32,675 bases of DNA, from the NCBI GenBank assembly GCA_003990765.1, contig RBNJ01000339.1, forward strand, positions 1 through 32,675, written 5' to 3'. The position numbers and the translations under genes were made by a program. The notes below the pieces were generated by a model that was not told the origin of the DNA, did not search any database, and saw nothing but the letters and a program-made list of their open reading frames with translations. Positions 1 to 12,440 of the stretch are shown here, one piece after another (within the stretch, counting starts at the first letter, position 1; every line of letters begins with the position of its first letter). This DNA is from Jimgerdemannia flammicorona. Its lineage: Eukaryota.

Positions 1-397
1 GGAACCTAGACTATATAGGCCAAAACCCTCCCCCACCACCCACTGAACAATATCCCCCCATTAACCTAGGCTACTAAATTGTCCAGCAGTCCCACCGCTC
101 CAGCTATGCCTGTCGAACACCGGCTACGTCAACCCCAACGACATAGACTAGACTTGTCTGCTCACCAGGGCTGGATCATCATTTACACGCGAGAGCACAC
201 CTACACGTCAGATCTAGCAGTGCTGGGACTGAATAAAGAATAGCCCCCCGAACCCCAAAAGAAAGCCCGAGGCAAAGAAAAACCCCCCAACCAACCAACA
301 GAGAGCAAAGTAGATTCAAAGCGGGTGAGTAAAGGACTTATATGCAGCACCTTCCCCAAAGGACTTACACATGGGCTAGGGCCTGAAAAGACCCCAC

Positions 398-553
398 TCC
401 CACTTCCCGAGCCTGCGGGCCTCGATCACGTTGCCGTGTCAGCTCCCGGTTCCAGTCGGGTACTGCCAAATGAGGAAGGTCCCACTCCCAAGCCTGCGGG
501 CCTCGATCGCGTTGCCACGTCAGCTCCCGGTTCCAGTTGGGTACAGCCAGAAT
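398..553 (+). repeat. Tandem duplication, 81-bp period (27 codons)
   Basis: 'agcctgcgggcctcgatc..gttgcc..gtcagctcccggttccagt.gggtac.gcca' starts at 410 and at 491. It reads PAGLDHVAVSAPGSS / PAGLDRVATSAPGSS in ORF 325..690. Confidence 0.85.
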
Positions 554-652
554 GCTGGCCCCTGCACCACCCCACCCCCCACCAGCCAATCGAAAGGCCC
601 TACCGAAATATTGTCCGCCCCAGCCCCGATGACTGCCCCCAGCCTGGCACCC

Positions 653-2184
653 CACTGGTTCACTGTAATCGCCCTTCCTCCTATCTGTGACGGCTATCTC
701 CCCTCCCATCCCGACATCACCCGAAAAGCAGTCACCTACGCCAGAACCGTGCTCGCCGGGAAGCTCGCCAAAGCCAGAGGGCCCCACCACAGGCACCAAG
801 GATCTGCAGGTAACCTATATTGAGCACTTGACGCCCAAGGTCAGCCGACTCCCTACATAGCCCGAGACACACCGAGACAGCACCTTGTTGACGACGGCAA
901 AAGGAAGAAGGCGCTGCACCAAAACGGATGCACTCCAGACGCAGCCGAAGACACCAGAAACCACAAAAAAGTGGAGAAGACACCGATCCGACACCGATAA
1001 AGGGGCAACTCATCACCATTGCCCTCCTCCCACCATGCCCCTGCAGGTACAGCAAACCAATCCGAGATAGAGGGGGTAATAATAGGGGAAAGGAGACTCG
1101 GAAGGTCGCCTACCAAACCTTGTGATCAGTAAGGTAGCGGAGAAAGGAGCTGGAGCACCACCTCCCCTCTCAAGGCTCGTCTTACCCTTTCCCTCAGCAG
1201 CACCAGCCCTAGAACCAGCCAGCCACCCACTCTCCTTAACCTTGTCTATAAAGCTCAGGAGACCAGATCTTCCCCTATTGCCACTGGACACCAGTCTCCC
1301 TCCAGAGTCTTCTTCACTCTTTGGCCCTCTGAAGGCTCTCATTCCCAGGCCATAACCCCTCCTCACCTGCTGCTAGTCGAAGGCCCTAGGTCCACCCGAC
1401 CTAGTATATACACCTGCATGTTCATTGCTTTCCATATTGCTAGTTGCCTTATACCAAAAACATTGTCAAAAGTATTGTCTGAGTCTTGTGTCACCTGAAT
1501 GTTACTCATAGATTCTTGTGCTTGCTAGTGTATTTTGTATAATTAGGTGATCTCTTGAGTAACTTGTTTTGTAGTCTCACATGTAGTTTCCAAATTAGTT
1601 CTGAGGATGACATGTGATTTTGGTGGCTTGTTCAAAGGGTGATGTATGATTTCAGTGGCTTAGAAATTGTGTGCTTATACTACTGATTTACCATTATCAC
1701 CCTTTCTTCTATCTATAATGGCTATCCCTTCTCTCATCTTGATAATATCTGAAAAGCAGTCACCTATGCCAGAACCACACTTGCCAGGAAGCTTGCCAAA
1801 GCCAGAGGGCCTCACCACAGATACTAAGGACCTATAGATAACCTATACTGAGCACTTGATGTCCAAGGTTGGCTAACTTCCTATATAGCCCAAAACATAC
1901 TAAGACAGTACCTTGTTGGTAATGGCAAAAGGAAGAAGGCACCACACCAAAACAGATGCACTCCAGATGCAGCTGAAGGTATCAGAAACCATGAAAAAGT
2001 GGAGAAGACACTGATCTGATATTGATAAAGGAACAACTTATTACTATTGCCTCTCTTCCACTGCCCTGCAATAGGTACAGCAAACCAACCCAAGGTAGAG
2101 GGGGTAATAATTGTGGAAAGTGGACTTGGAAGGTTGCCTACCAAACCATTGTGACCAGTAAGGTAGCGGAGAAAGGGCCCGGAG
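653..2184. repeat. ~500-bp direct repeat (653-1155 and 1681-2184), probable remnant of an unidentified mobile element
   Basis: Copy A 'cactggttcactgtaatcgcc...gaaaagcagtcacctacgccagaacc...ccaaaccttgtgatcagtaaggtagcggagaaagg' aligns with copy B 'tactgatttaccattatcacc...gaaaagcagtcacctatgccagaacc...ccaaaccattgtgaccagtaaggtagcggagaaagg'. Copy B is enriched in C>T/G>A changes. The ORF-track pairs 853..1116 and 1881..2144 are paralogous for this reason. Confidence 0.85.
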
Positions 2185-3189
2185 AGGTATGGTACCAGTC
2201 ATATGTAAATTTTTATGTTACGCGTCACGGGAACCCGCACTGTGTACTTTTAATAAATACATCCTAAATTTTACGTCACGCGTCACGGGTACCAGTCACC
2301 AGATCCACTAAAGAGTTGGCTATCCATGTGGTCTGGAAACTGATGGACACCAGCATGAGTGGAGTTCATCTGAATATGAGGAACGTCGATTTTATTCAAT
2401 CCTGGTCCTGGATTACGTAGATCTGGCTTATGAAGCTGGCTTCCCACACGCAAAGAAACTCACCGTCTCCTCGGACTCCAGGCACTTGACAGCGACAGCG
2501 CGCGGACTTCGGGTGAGAAGTGCTACAAGCCTTGGGTGAAGAATTCCTAATTGTGAGAAACAATATTAAGAAAGGCTCGTACAGCCAAAAATAAAAGCCA
2601 TGCCACTCGAGATAACTCCCTACCTTCGTCTCTCCCGTGCCACTCTCACGGTCTCAGCAACTTCTCGAAGTCATTCTGGAACAGGCCGAAGAGCAACGGC
2701 AGTGGGACCACAGGATACCCTGCAAGCGTTCGGAGGTCACGTTGCCTTTGCTTTATGTGTCAGAAGAGAATAGTTTACTTGTGTACCCACATTCCGAACA
2801 TTTCCCCCTCCACGTCCCATGTGGTAGTTTGTGAGCCACAAGGATAACTATCGACTTGCTGCGGATGGCATAGATGGGGTAGCGTAGCTAATTTTTTTTT
2901 TCCACAACTCCCAAAAATCTGGACCCCATAACCACATAGGCCCAAAACAGCCATTAATATGTCCCCGTCTTCCAATATACCCTAAGCACCACCAAGAGGG
3001 TGGGAGCCTTTGCCAAACCTTTTTTTTTGCCCAGGATGCATGTGGCCGCTGGTATCGCTGATAGCGTTCCGATCTTACAGTATATATATATACATGTCAA
3101 CTTGGACGTGTGATTGTAGACCTTAAAATTAGAAAATAACCATACTGATTAGGAGTAAACTTCTGCAAACTAGAGGTGATATATTGAGT

Positions 3190-3242
3190 TTTGAGTTTAT
3201 AAATATTATATATATTTTATTAAAATAAGTAAGAGAAGAAGA

Positions 3243-3298
<56 letters not shown>

Positions 3299-3640
3299 GT
3301 GGAATAAATCTAGCTGATAGTTTGTAAGAAAACTTCTATTAAATTTAAATTTAAAATAATCTGAATATTAGATTTTATCTATCTAATAAGAATATTTATA
3401 AGTAACATATAAATTATAAAAAATATATTAGTAAAACTAATTTTAGTTTAAAAGAGCTAAGTTATAAAATATAAATAGTAATAAATAGATAATAATTAAA
3501 TAGATAATAGAGAATTATTAATATATTTACTTTATAATAAGTTATTTTTATAGTAATATATCTAATTATTATTAATAAAAGAAAAAATATCTTAATTGAA
3601 AACTTGATGATTAAAACTAAAAATTATTTAGATAAAGATC
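3190..3640. repeat. Extremely AT-rich eroded repeat remnant containing a 52-nt poly(A) (3245-3296)
   Basis: Abrupt drop in G/C, no CpG, many TAA/TAG codons, and a long A tract. The family is not recognisable. Confidence 0.6.
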
Positions 3641-4026
3641 ATACAATGATTGATAGACAATATGTCAAATTTCTAATCCTGGATAATGAAACTTGATGTT
3701 TCTGGGCTTACTTGATCTCGGTAACAATAAACGAGGCGGAAACCAGAAGATTTTGAATTGGAAAATCAGACGTTTATTATTTTGCGACTTTGCAAGGCTG
3801 CTTGGCCAATCCAAACACGGCAAGGCGGCGTTGGAAATCATAAACTTGACTCACCAAAAAAAAAAAGCTCCTCCTTGCGACCCCCTCGAGCCTCTTTGTA
3901 ACACCTACGAAAGCCTGCGAAGTGAGACGTCACAAAGAGTTCTTGAATGATTGTTCACTAGCTTGAGCAACATGATAGTTCGCGTCCAGTTTCCTTGGAA
4001 ATAGCATAAATATTTGGCCCATTTAT

Positions 4027-4156
4027 TTGACCATCAAATGAGGTGACCACTTTTAAAAAGATACTTCCTGTTTTTTTAATCATACTTAAGCCACCAGAGG
4101 TAACATTTTTAAAAGTGGCTGCCTCAAATAGTCAACGAGGTTCTTAAACCTCGTTG
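4027..4156. repeat. Short foldback element: ~42-bp imperfect inverted repeats plus an abutting perfect 10-bp hairpin
   Basis: 4027-4070 'ttgacca..tgaggtgaccacttttaaaaagatacttcctg' pairs with 4095-4135 'cagaggtaacatttttaaaagtggctgcctcaaatagtcaa'. The hairpin caacgaggtt-ctta-aacctcgttg spans 4133-4156. Confidence 0.65.
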
Positions 4157-4547
4157 TCATTGGAACTCAAAGTAATTATTGTAACATTTATAGGTATGCG
4201 AAGGAGTCTGTGCGTAGGCATTCCTTTTTTGAGCAGTTCCTATCTTGCGAGCATCTTTCCACGTGTTATGGTAATGATGTCGAAGGGGAAAAAAGGCTAA
4301 GAAAACTGCGATCTACTTACGGTACGGCAGAAAGTGCAGGACTGCTGTTTAACGAAAAGGGGCTGGCTCCCCGGTAGTACGGATCATTCAAAACGAGCTA
4401 AGACACTCCTTTTTCGGTATGCATACCTCGGCTATAATTAATAGTTATGCCACACTGTGTACCAAACAATACCACATGTTTAGCTCGTCCATGGAATTCT
4501 TCACCTCATTCAACCTCTTTTACTTCCGCAACGATCTCAAAACGAGC

Positions 4548-5526
4548 ATGAAGTTGACCACCGTGTTTGCCATACTTTCGCTCACGCTGGCCATAGTGGT
4601 GGCCGCTACGACGCCTGCGGAGACTACGAAGCCTGCGAAAACGTCAACATCATCAAGTCCCATGCCCATAGTGTCGACGTCGACGTGCCTGTCGTATTTG
4701 GACACTTTTCGTCCGTTTCAAACAACGTGAGTCTATCTGTCCTTCATGCAAGACGTTTGTCGCCAAAAAGCCAATCGCCCTATTCCTGACTCACAGAACG
4801 TCGTTCCTTGTTCCATCGACCTCCAAACACAGCCTCCAACTATGCGCCGGCCCCTTCCCGAAAGGCATTTCCTTCGTCACTAATTCCCTCACCTACCTCC
4901 AGGTAACCCTCAACAACTTCTGCCCGAATCAGCCCAAATGCGCAACAAGCGACATCCGCGCCGCCCTCCAACAGCTCCTCACAAACTGTCCCACGCTCTC
5001 GCCAAACGTCATCTTCGAGGCTGAATACATCTACCGCGCTAACCTCATCCCGCCGGCCTGGTGTGCCATGGACACGGTGGGACAGTACTGCCAACTCAAG
5101 ACCGGCCAAATTTCGCCGGATATCTCGGGGAACGTAACGACCGACACTACCATGTTCTGTTCGGACTGCTACAAGGCCGAGATGCGGCTCGCTGCCTCCT
5201 ACCTGATTGCCAACCCGCCCTCCTCCTACCCGATTGTGGGGAAGAACGAGTCGCGCACCTTCGACGACATCTACGGCAGGCTCTACAATCGGGCCCTGGT
5301 CCAGTGTGGCCAGCGGTTCATCTCGGATCTCCCCACCATCGAAAGCGTCATATCCCAAGCGAGCACCCCAACGAGCACCCCCACGGGCATCCAAGTCGCA
5401 GGTCCTATTTCCACGTCAAGTGATGATATTTTCGTGTCACGTAATGGCGGTGCTAGTGCTCTGACTCCTTGGCTTATGACAACGGCCTTTTACGCCTTCA
5501 TGATGACTGCCATACTTTTTACGTAA
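4548..5526 (+). CDS. Secreted Cys-rich, probably GPI-anchored cell-surface protein (~290 aa, 2 exons: 4548-4726, 4833-5526)
   Basis: N-terminal signal peptide MKLTTVFAILSLTLAIVVA. A GTGAGT...ACAG intron (4727-4832) joins the frames cleanly. Ten Cys including CSDC, an S/T-rich stalk, then a small-residue omega-like site (NGGASA) and a hydrophobic C-terminus (LTPWLMTTAFYAFMMTAILFT). Confidence 0.85.
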
Positions 5527-6240
5527 ACCTTAATATGTGTAAAATACTTGTTCAGATAGCGATTGATACAATTTTGAGCTTGCCATTGCTAATATTAATG
5601 CATACCATCATCTCTCAAGTAGATATAGACTAGCCGCTTTTGACCTTGTGGTGATCCCCACAAAATGGTCCGTCATGTCATGTAAAGTTTTGATATCTAC
5701 GTTCCGTCAAAGTGCGGACACGCATCGAAATCCATTCATTGGGCCTAGCCGCCGAACGATACAGCTCTGTCAGAGTGTCAGAGTTCCATTTGTCGAACCA
5801 TGTCGGGCGTGGCCCATTTAAATGCCGCCCCATGCACCCTATTTTTTTCAACCTCGCGCCCGCACCGAAGCAACCCGGGTACTGTGTTGATTGGCGCCAA
5901 CGTCGTTGGGAAGGTCACACGACCCAGGGTGAGGGAATGCTGCAGCATTTCAGGCGATTCGCGAGGTTACATGTCATTGAATGGATTTTTGGGTCATTAC
6001 TTGCGCGTGTGTGTTGTTGTATGAATATGTGAATCGGGTTCAAGATTTTTTTTGTCGTGATAGATTGATGGTATATAAACATGGAGAACCAGGTATTGCG
6101 AAGTCCTATGGATCTGCTGCACGTTCCAATTTTTGACGCGATCGAAAATCAATAATAAAAAACTTTCATTAGAAAGCTAGCACCAATCAAGATATCAAGA
6201 GAGCTCTTAATACAACACAGTTACAAAACCGAGCTGACTT

Positions 6241-7588
6241 CTACGCCGTCAGCTTCTCATCGCCAATATCCGCCGTCTTCTCCGAATGTGCCAGATCCAC
6301 GGCGGACACTGCCGGCGACACGTTCTCTGAGGGTGTGGGCAGCTTCTCGCCATTAACATCATCGGCGGCGACTTCAACGTCGGCGCCGCGACTGCGACGT
6401 CTCGGCCCGCCTTGATTACCGTTGTACCACACGAAAAAGTAATAGAGCACGATCATGCCGATGTCGCAGACCGCGACCCCAACGTAGTTGGCCGCGGCGA
6501 GAGCATCGAAGGACTGGGCGCTGAAGGCTGGTAAAGTTCAATGGTTGGTCAAGGGAGAAAGAAAAGACGGTACCAACCGGTTTCGATTGTAGTCGTGAGG
6601 TGGCGGCAGTGGGAGAGGGGGAGGAGGGGGGGAGGGGGAGGAAGGTACTAGGATCAATTTGCTCATATATTTATGATTGATTATGTCGAGCAAAAAGTCA
6701 AGGGACGGAAATACTTGCCGAGGCTAATGATCGAGAAGACTGCGCCCAAGATGTCAAAAGTGACGAAGGCGTAGGAGATACCATGGACCTTGCGATCGGC
6801 TGTGAGGAAATCAATCAAGGTAGAGAGATTAGTTCAATATTTTTCCACAAGTCAACCAGCTGTAACAAGTCCAAGATAAAAACTGTAATGTATATACAGA
6901 GAATCTCCCAGTATTGCGGAGCGAAACCGGCGAGGATAAGTACCATCGAAATAGTACCACCTAGTGTCGGTACCCATTCAAGATTATTTTCTATCCCAGC
7001 CTATTGGGGGTAAGACATATGCAATATTTTTAGGCTATAAATACAAACCAAGTTAACTGGCGAATCCACCCGACTTCAGTTTCAAAATGTAAAATTATCT
7101 CGACCAAAGAGAACACGCTCATACCCGATACGCATACGCTAATGCGGTCTGACCAACGCCCATAATAACGCAAAGCGCCGCCAAAACCGCCCACGACTTT
7201 GCCATGGAGAACCCTCGACCATAGTACAGAGTTTGGACGTAGCAGACGAGGGCGATGAAGCCGAAAAGTTGCGGCTGGATCATGAGCGGGATGGAGAGGT
7301 TGCGGGCGATGCCATAGGCGCCGTATAGAAAGGAGGAGAGCGCGAATATTATAAGCATGGCGGGGGAGAGGCCTACGGTTGAATGGGTCCGATAGTTTTT
7401 CCAGGCTGGCAAATGGAGGAATCATAGTGTTGTGGTTAGTTCAGAGCTCAAATATGTTGCATGTAGCAGCGATTGAGGTGGATTAAATACAAACCTTGAG
7501 GGGCCAGCTGGAAGGACCAGAATACAAGACCGATCGTGGCGAAGACGGTCTCTAGAAGATCGTAGTTGGCGGGTCTGGAGTCTGACAT
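6241..7588 (-). CDS. PQ-loop repeat membrane transporter, yeast YDR090C/Ilt1-like subfamily (281 aa, exons 7588-7495, 7405-7125, 7000-6898, 6799-6719, 6527-6241)
   Basis: Spliced translation has two PQ motifs (FWSFQLAPQAWKNYRTHSTVGLS; ILAGFAPQYWEIL..RKVHGISYAFVTFDILGAVFSIISL), NLSIPLMIQPQLF and multiple hydrophobic segments. Exon lengths total 846 nt, a multiple of 3. Confidence 0.9.
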
Positions 7589-8430
7589 GTGTATTGGATA
7601 TCTTGGATGGTTGGAGGGTGAAGACATGGGCAGATTCGGTTTATATATCTCAACTCCGCTGATTCGAGGGATTTATAATCTGCTACGATAGATTTTCCAT
7701 TATCAAAGCACATGATGTCATTCGGTAATGACTCACCACACGACAACCTGCATGGTCTACTCTCGTTCCGCCAAACCGAGATCAACCCCAGGGCCGCTAG
7801 TCCATTTTGGGTACACTTTAAGGGCACGTCACATCAGAAATCGATGATCGTAGCGCGCATCACGTGATCCATTCGAAAAAAAATAAGCATGTTTGGTTTT
7901 CTCCGCACACAACTCCTTCGAAATAGCAACGAACAGAAACGAACGGCCCATTCAAAAGAATAGGCTTGCCGGTATGGATCACGCCTTCCTTGACCAGGTC
8001 GGCCTCGACGAGCTCGAGCCGCGCGCCTTGTATTTACTGCATAGTGTTCAGCAGCCGCTCGACGATGTAGGCGGCGTTAAAAGCGGCGGCCCCGGCTCAC
8101 TAAGGCTACCATTCGCATTCACTAGAACAATTTTAGTGGTGTCAAGTATAGAACAGTCGTGGCTGGCGGTTTCGATACTCTGCGACAGAAAGAACCTCCA
8201 CCATTCCATAATCTAGGGAAATTTGTATATTCGAACACCAGAATAAATGAGAATCGGTTTATTTATCTCTTAATGCTTCCAATGCTTAAGTAAGCCCGAT
8301 CGACCGGAAATCATAAGCCAAAAGGAAGTAGTCCCATTTTCACTCGTCGGCCACAACACCTCACCTCTTTTCAGGTTGCGTGATCGTGATATATACAAAA
8401 AATTCATCTCATATCAGCACCAGGTCGTCG

Positions 8431-10779
8431 CTACTCCTCCAAATGCATCTCCTGGCTCGCAAGCATGGCCACCAGCGCCGCGCCCACGCCACTCCCATCT
8501 GGAGAAAAAAACAAAAGGTATCATGGAAGTCAGAAATACAGGCCAGCGAATTGAAACGTATGCGGCGAGAACATAATAAAGCTTATGATCAAAAATACCT
8601 TCAGCATGCACGAAAACTATTCGTTTTGCTTCTTCCTCGCCAAATATTTTGCACAACGTCTCTTGCATGCGCTCCTTGAAATACGGGTACTTGTTGACGA
8701 GTGTTCCTGAGCAATAGACGAGAGAAGATCAGATGCAATCTGTACGCTCTCGGTCCAATGTCACAATATACATGCATCATATCCCAACCTATTATGCCAG
8801 CTAAAACCATGGCCTCAACTCCACCGCGCACATACATACCGTCAACAGCCACATGGCAGGTCTTGTGTCCCTCGATCAAGTTCCGCTTCCGCACAATGGC
8901 GGCGACACCAAGGGCGGACAGCGTGGCGGCGCGCCGCCCGACGAGTTGGCACACGCGCTGTATCAGCTGGCGGTCGCGCAGGGTCGACGGCTGGGTGAAA
9001 GGAGTCATGAGGATGTGTTCGGTGTGGGTGAGGTTAGGAGTGGTATCGCTAGCGGGTTTACAAAGTTGAGGAGGAGAGATGGTAAGATTATCAGAAAATG
9101 ATTGTGTAGATACATGTGCCCCCAAATTTTTGACTGAAAATACATACACCACCGCCCACACCCCAAAGCACTCACCTCTCTACGGCGCTCATATTCGCCG
9201 TCAGCCAAGCCTCGTACTCGCGATCCCAAAACTCTCTACGTCTCCTCCGCTCGTCCTCGCCCTCTTCTACGTCCGCGAACAAGATACCCTGGTTCATCAG
9301 GTCGACGAGAGCCAAACGCGCGATCTCGCCGAGATACATGCCAGAGATCATTTTCTCAAAGGCCTGCGTGCGCGGGTGGACGGAATCGGCGTCGAGGGTG
9401 TGGTCGTACTTGGTGCGCGGGAGAACCTGTGAAAATGTGGGCGCGACGAAACGAACAGTTATACGGTCGTGGATGAGAATAGTGGGAGACAGTGTCCCCG
9501 TCAGGTTCACGATGGAAAAAATTAGAACCAATCGGTTCTCCTAAGTTGTCCCAGCCACTTGCTTCCTAATACACACAAAACTTACCACATCATCATTATC
9601 CAACGCTCCCCACTCGGTGTTTACCACCATCTTCGCCCTGTGTCCGTGCTTCTTTAGCTTTTCCTTGATGGTGTTGGCCTCTTCCTCTTTCAAACATTTG
9701 TGCATGGCGCCCAACTCCTCAACGTAGGCGGCGTTGGTACCCGTCCCAAAGATGAGACCCACGTTCGCGTCGGCATCGGTGTAGTTGGTCGCGACCAGGG
9801 CGCCTGTCGTGTCGTTAATGATTGCAACAACGGTTGCGTTGACATTCTGTGGATTAAGGGGGGAGAGGGAGAGGTCAATGAGAAAGAAATGGGAATGCGA
9901 GACAAATCGGAAAATTTGCATACCTTACGGTCAAGGGCATCCTGAAGAAGCTTAGCGATGTTTTGGCCGACGGCGTCGGGACAGTTGAAGCCCTTGGTCC
10001 AACGGAGGAGGGTGCCGTGGTTAACGTGAAGTTGTCTTTTGGAGATATGTGGACAAATGTCAGCATAGGGTATGGTACGTCATGCGATATAGTTTCATGA
10101 ACTTAAGAGCTCATTAATGGGTCCCATTATACACCGTATCTTCCAACATCCAATTCCGCACTCCCGCGACACATACTCAACCGGAAAACTGAACGTGAAC
10201 CCAATCTTCCACCCACCCTGCCCCTGCGGGTGTCCATCGCTACAATTCGAACTAATGAATGTGCTCACACATCCGGCGATGTAATCAAAAAGATCCATCG
10301 CGCGGGCGAGCTTGAGCTCTTCGGAGATCATGTACTTCTCTTGATGTATCTCAAATTTGTGATTTCCCAACAGGTCGACACGACAGACGCGCAAATTCGT
10401 GCCGCCCAGATCGATGGCGAGGTATGTGCCCTTCTCCTTGCCCGTGGGAAGGCGGTAGATGTAAGTGGGGATCATGGGAACCTGGTGAGTGCGAACGAAC
10501 AGAGAGAAGTTTGACGAGTATGCTGAATTTTAGGACGTGCACAAGATTCACAAAGGCAAGGCATAGGCTGAAAACAACAAACCAATTGATTGATATCGAT
10601 TGCTCCAGCCTGCGAACCAAGGGTTCTTTGATGCTTACAGAGTGGCCATGGGTTCCCAAGCCCTTGTCGAACTCGCGAATGAATTCTTCAAGTATTATGT
10701 TGAGGGATTCCGTTGGGATGTCAAAGTCTTTCTCAAGGCGAGTGACGGCTTCATCGTATTGTGGGTCGGTAACTGTCAT
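8431..10779 (-). CDS. HXK: Hexokinase (8 exons)
   Basis: Canonical motifs across GT-AG spliced exons: VPMIPTY, LAIDLGGTNLRV, GFTFSFPV, LLRWTKGF, INDTTG (catalytic Asp), LIFGTGTNAAY, NTEWG, FEKMISGMYLGEI, RRAATLSA, VAVDG, AEDGSGVGAALVA. Stop TAG at 8431-8433. Confidence 0.96.
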
Positions 10780-11619
10780 GGTAATGAAAGGAGGATAATT
10801 TCGGCGAGGGTTTCTCCGCCGCCAATGTTGACGTGACCAGCAGTCACAAATTCGCCCTCGGCGTTGATTGCGATGATTGTCCAGAGCTAAATGCGTTAAT
10901 CTATGTATATAGTATTCTCTGGTGTCAATAATTTTATTCAGACAAAATGCCGAAGTGCACGTGTTAGAAACAGTCGATGCATTTGAGACAAGTAAGCAAG
11001 TGTTGGAGTGGCACCTCCTTATCTGTCGTCCATAAAATTCGATGGGTATGGCTTTTCAACACATATCTGCTATCTCCGTCGTTCAATTTTTTTTTTTTTT
11101 GCGGAGTTTCTATATTCATAAGCTACCTTGCATTTTGGTATTTCACGTCTCGTGATCGTATCTTTTCTGTTTATCTCTCCACGTCAAACATGAAGCTTCG
11201 TGCGCCATTCCCACATTATGCTAAGTTTCCAATGTAGAGCATAAACACACGCAAACGTTTCTAGAAGACTGATAAACATGAAACTGAGCGCCTCCAACCC
11301 AAAGTAAGGGCATAATGGCATCGCCAGTAGGCGAGCTTAATTAATGTTGGGTTCTGTGCCTGGAGACCTTTGGTCTCGACCCTGTTACCGATTCTCTGCG
11401 GGACGAACAGGATTAGCTAATGCAACACGATATATATTGAAATATATAATGAAAGAATAAGAAAATGTAACTTCACAAGGTATCATTGATGCGGTAGATG
11501 TGAGTTACCTAAATGTGTTTGTGTATGTACAGGAAGTATCCTCGCAAAATATTGATGATCCCCTCACACTCCAATATACATTGTCAATCCTCCTCGATGC
11601 TTGACTCCGACAAATCCGT

Positions 11620-12440
11620 CTATGGGCCCATCTTCGCCATATCTTTTGTCACGACAACTTCCACCGAGTCCTCTGTGTATGACTCTATAGAGTTCTGTAG
11701 TCGCGGTCGGGATAGCCTCGGTAGCACAAACGAAAGGACGAAGATAGTGCAGTCCAAGACGAAGACGGAAATGTAACTGAAGGCCGCGAGGGTGTCGAAG
11801 GGGAGTTCATGGAAACCTGCGTGACGATTGAAACAGAAATACGGAAAGAGGACTAGACAGAACAAAGATTTCCAATCTGTCAAAAGGATGAATCCTCGAC
11901 TTACTCAAACTGACAATACTGAGCCGCGCCGGTCATATCCATCACCAAAAATATCCTGCTCACGCCTTGCACAGCTCTTGTCTGGTAAACGCGACAAAAA
12001 TTGTAAATGAAGTAGATTCCGGAATAAACCGGACCGAGAATTATATATACATTACTATGCAATAGAAACTTACGATATATATCAACGAATTGAGGAATAA
12101 ATCCAACAATCCACAAAACGACGGGAATGACACCCGTTGCGGTCATCGGCCAGGGTGACACCGAGTTCTGAATAAAATCCAAATTAACCCACCAGCCCCC
12201 ATCCCCGTGGACGCGATCACAAACACCACCACTCCAAACCATAGGTCTCTGGTCTTCTTCTCCTTTCCCACACCAGGTATACCCCAATCGCCTCCGTAAC
12301 ATACGCATTGTGCCCAACAAGCGTTTGAGAAAAATGTAAAAATATTGGGCTGCGCAATGGTCGGAATAGAGAGGTTGAGTACAATTGCATAGGTGGTGTA
12401 AAAAACAGAGCCGATCGACCAGATGAGCATCATGGCGGCC
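11620..12440 (-). pseudogene. Degenerate PQ-loop transporter paralog
   Basis: Homologous segments: AMMLIWSIG..YAIVLNLSIPTIAQPNIF; WIVGFIPQFVDIY; AVQGVSRIFLVMDMTGA; FDTLAAFSYISVFVLD. There is a frameshift near 12170. Exon 11905-11981 is 77 nt versus 81 nt for the equivalent exon of the intact paralog. No recognisable first PQ exon. Confidence 0.75.

Noticed and set aside
2300..3000. Short ORFs 2637..2834 and 2775..2975
   Set aside because: No motifs or consistent exon structure.
4840..5394. 184-aa minus-strand ORF
   Set aside because: Antisense shadow of exon 2 of the GC-rich secreted-protein gene.
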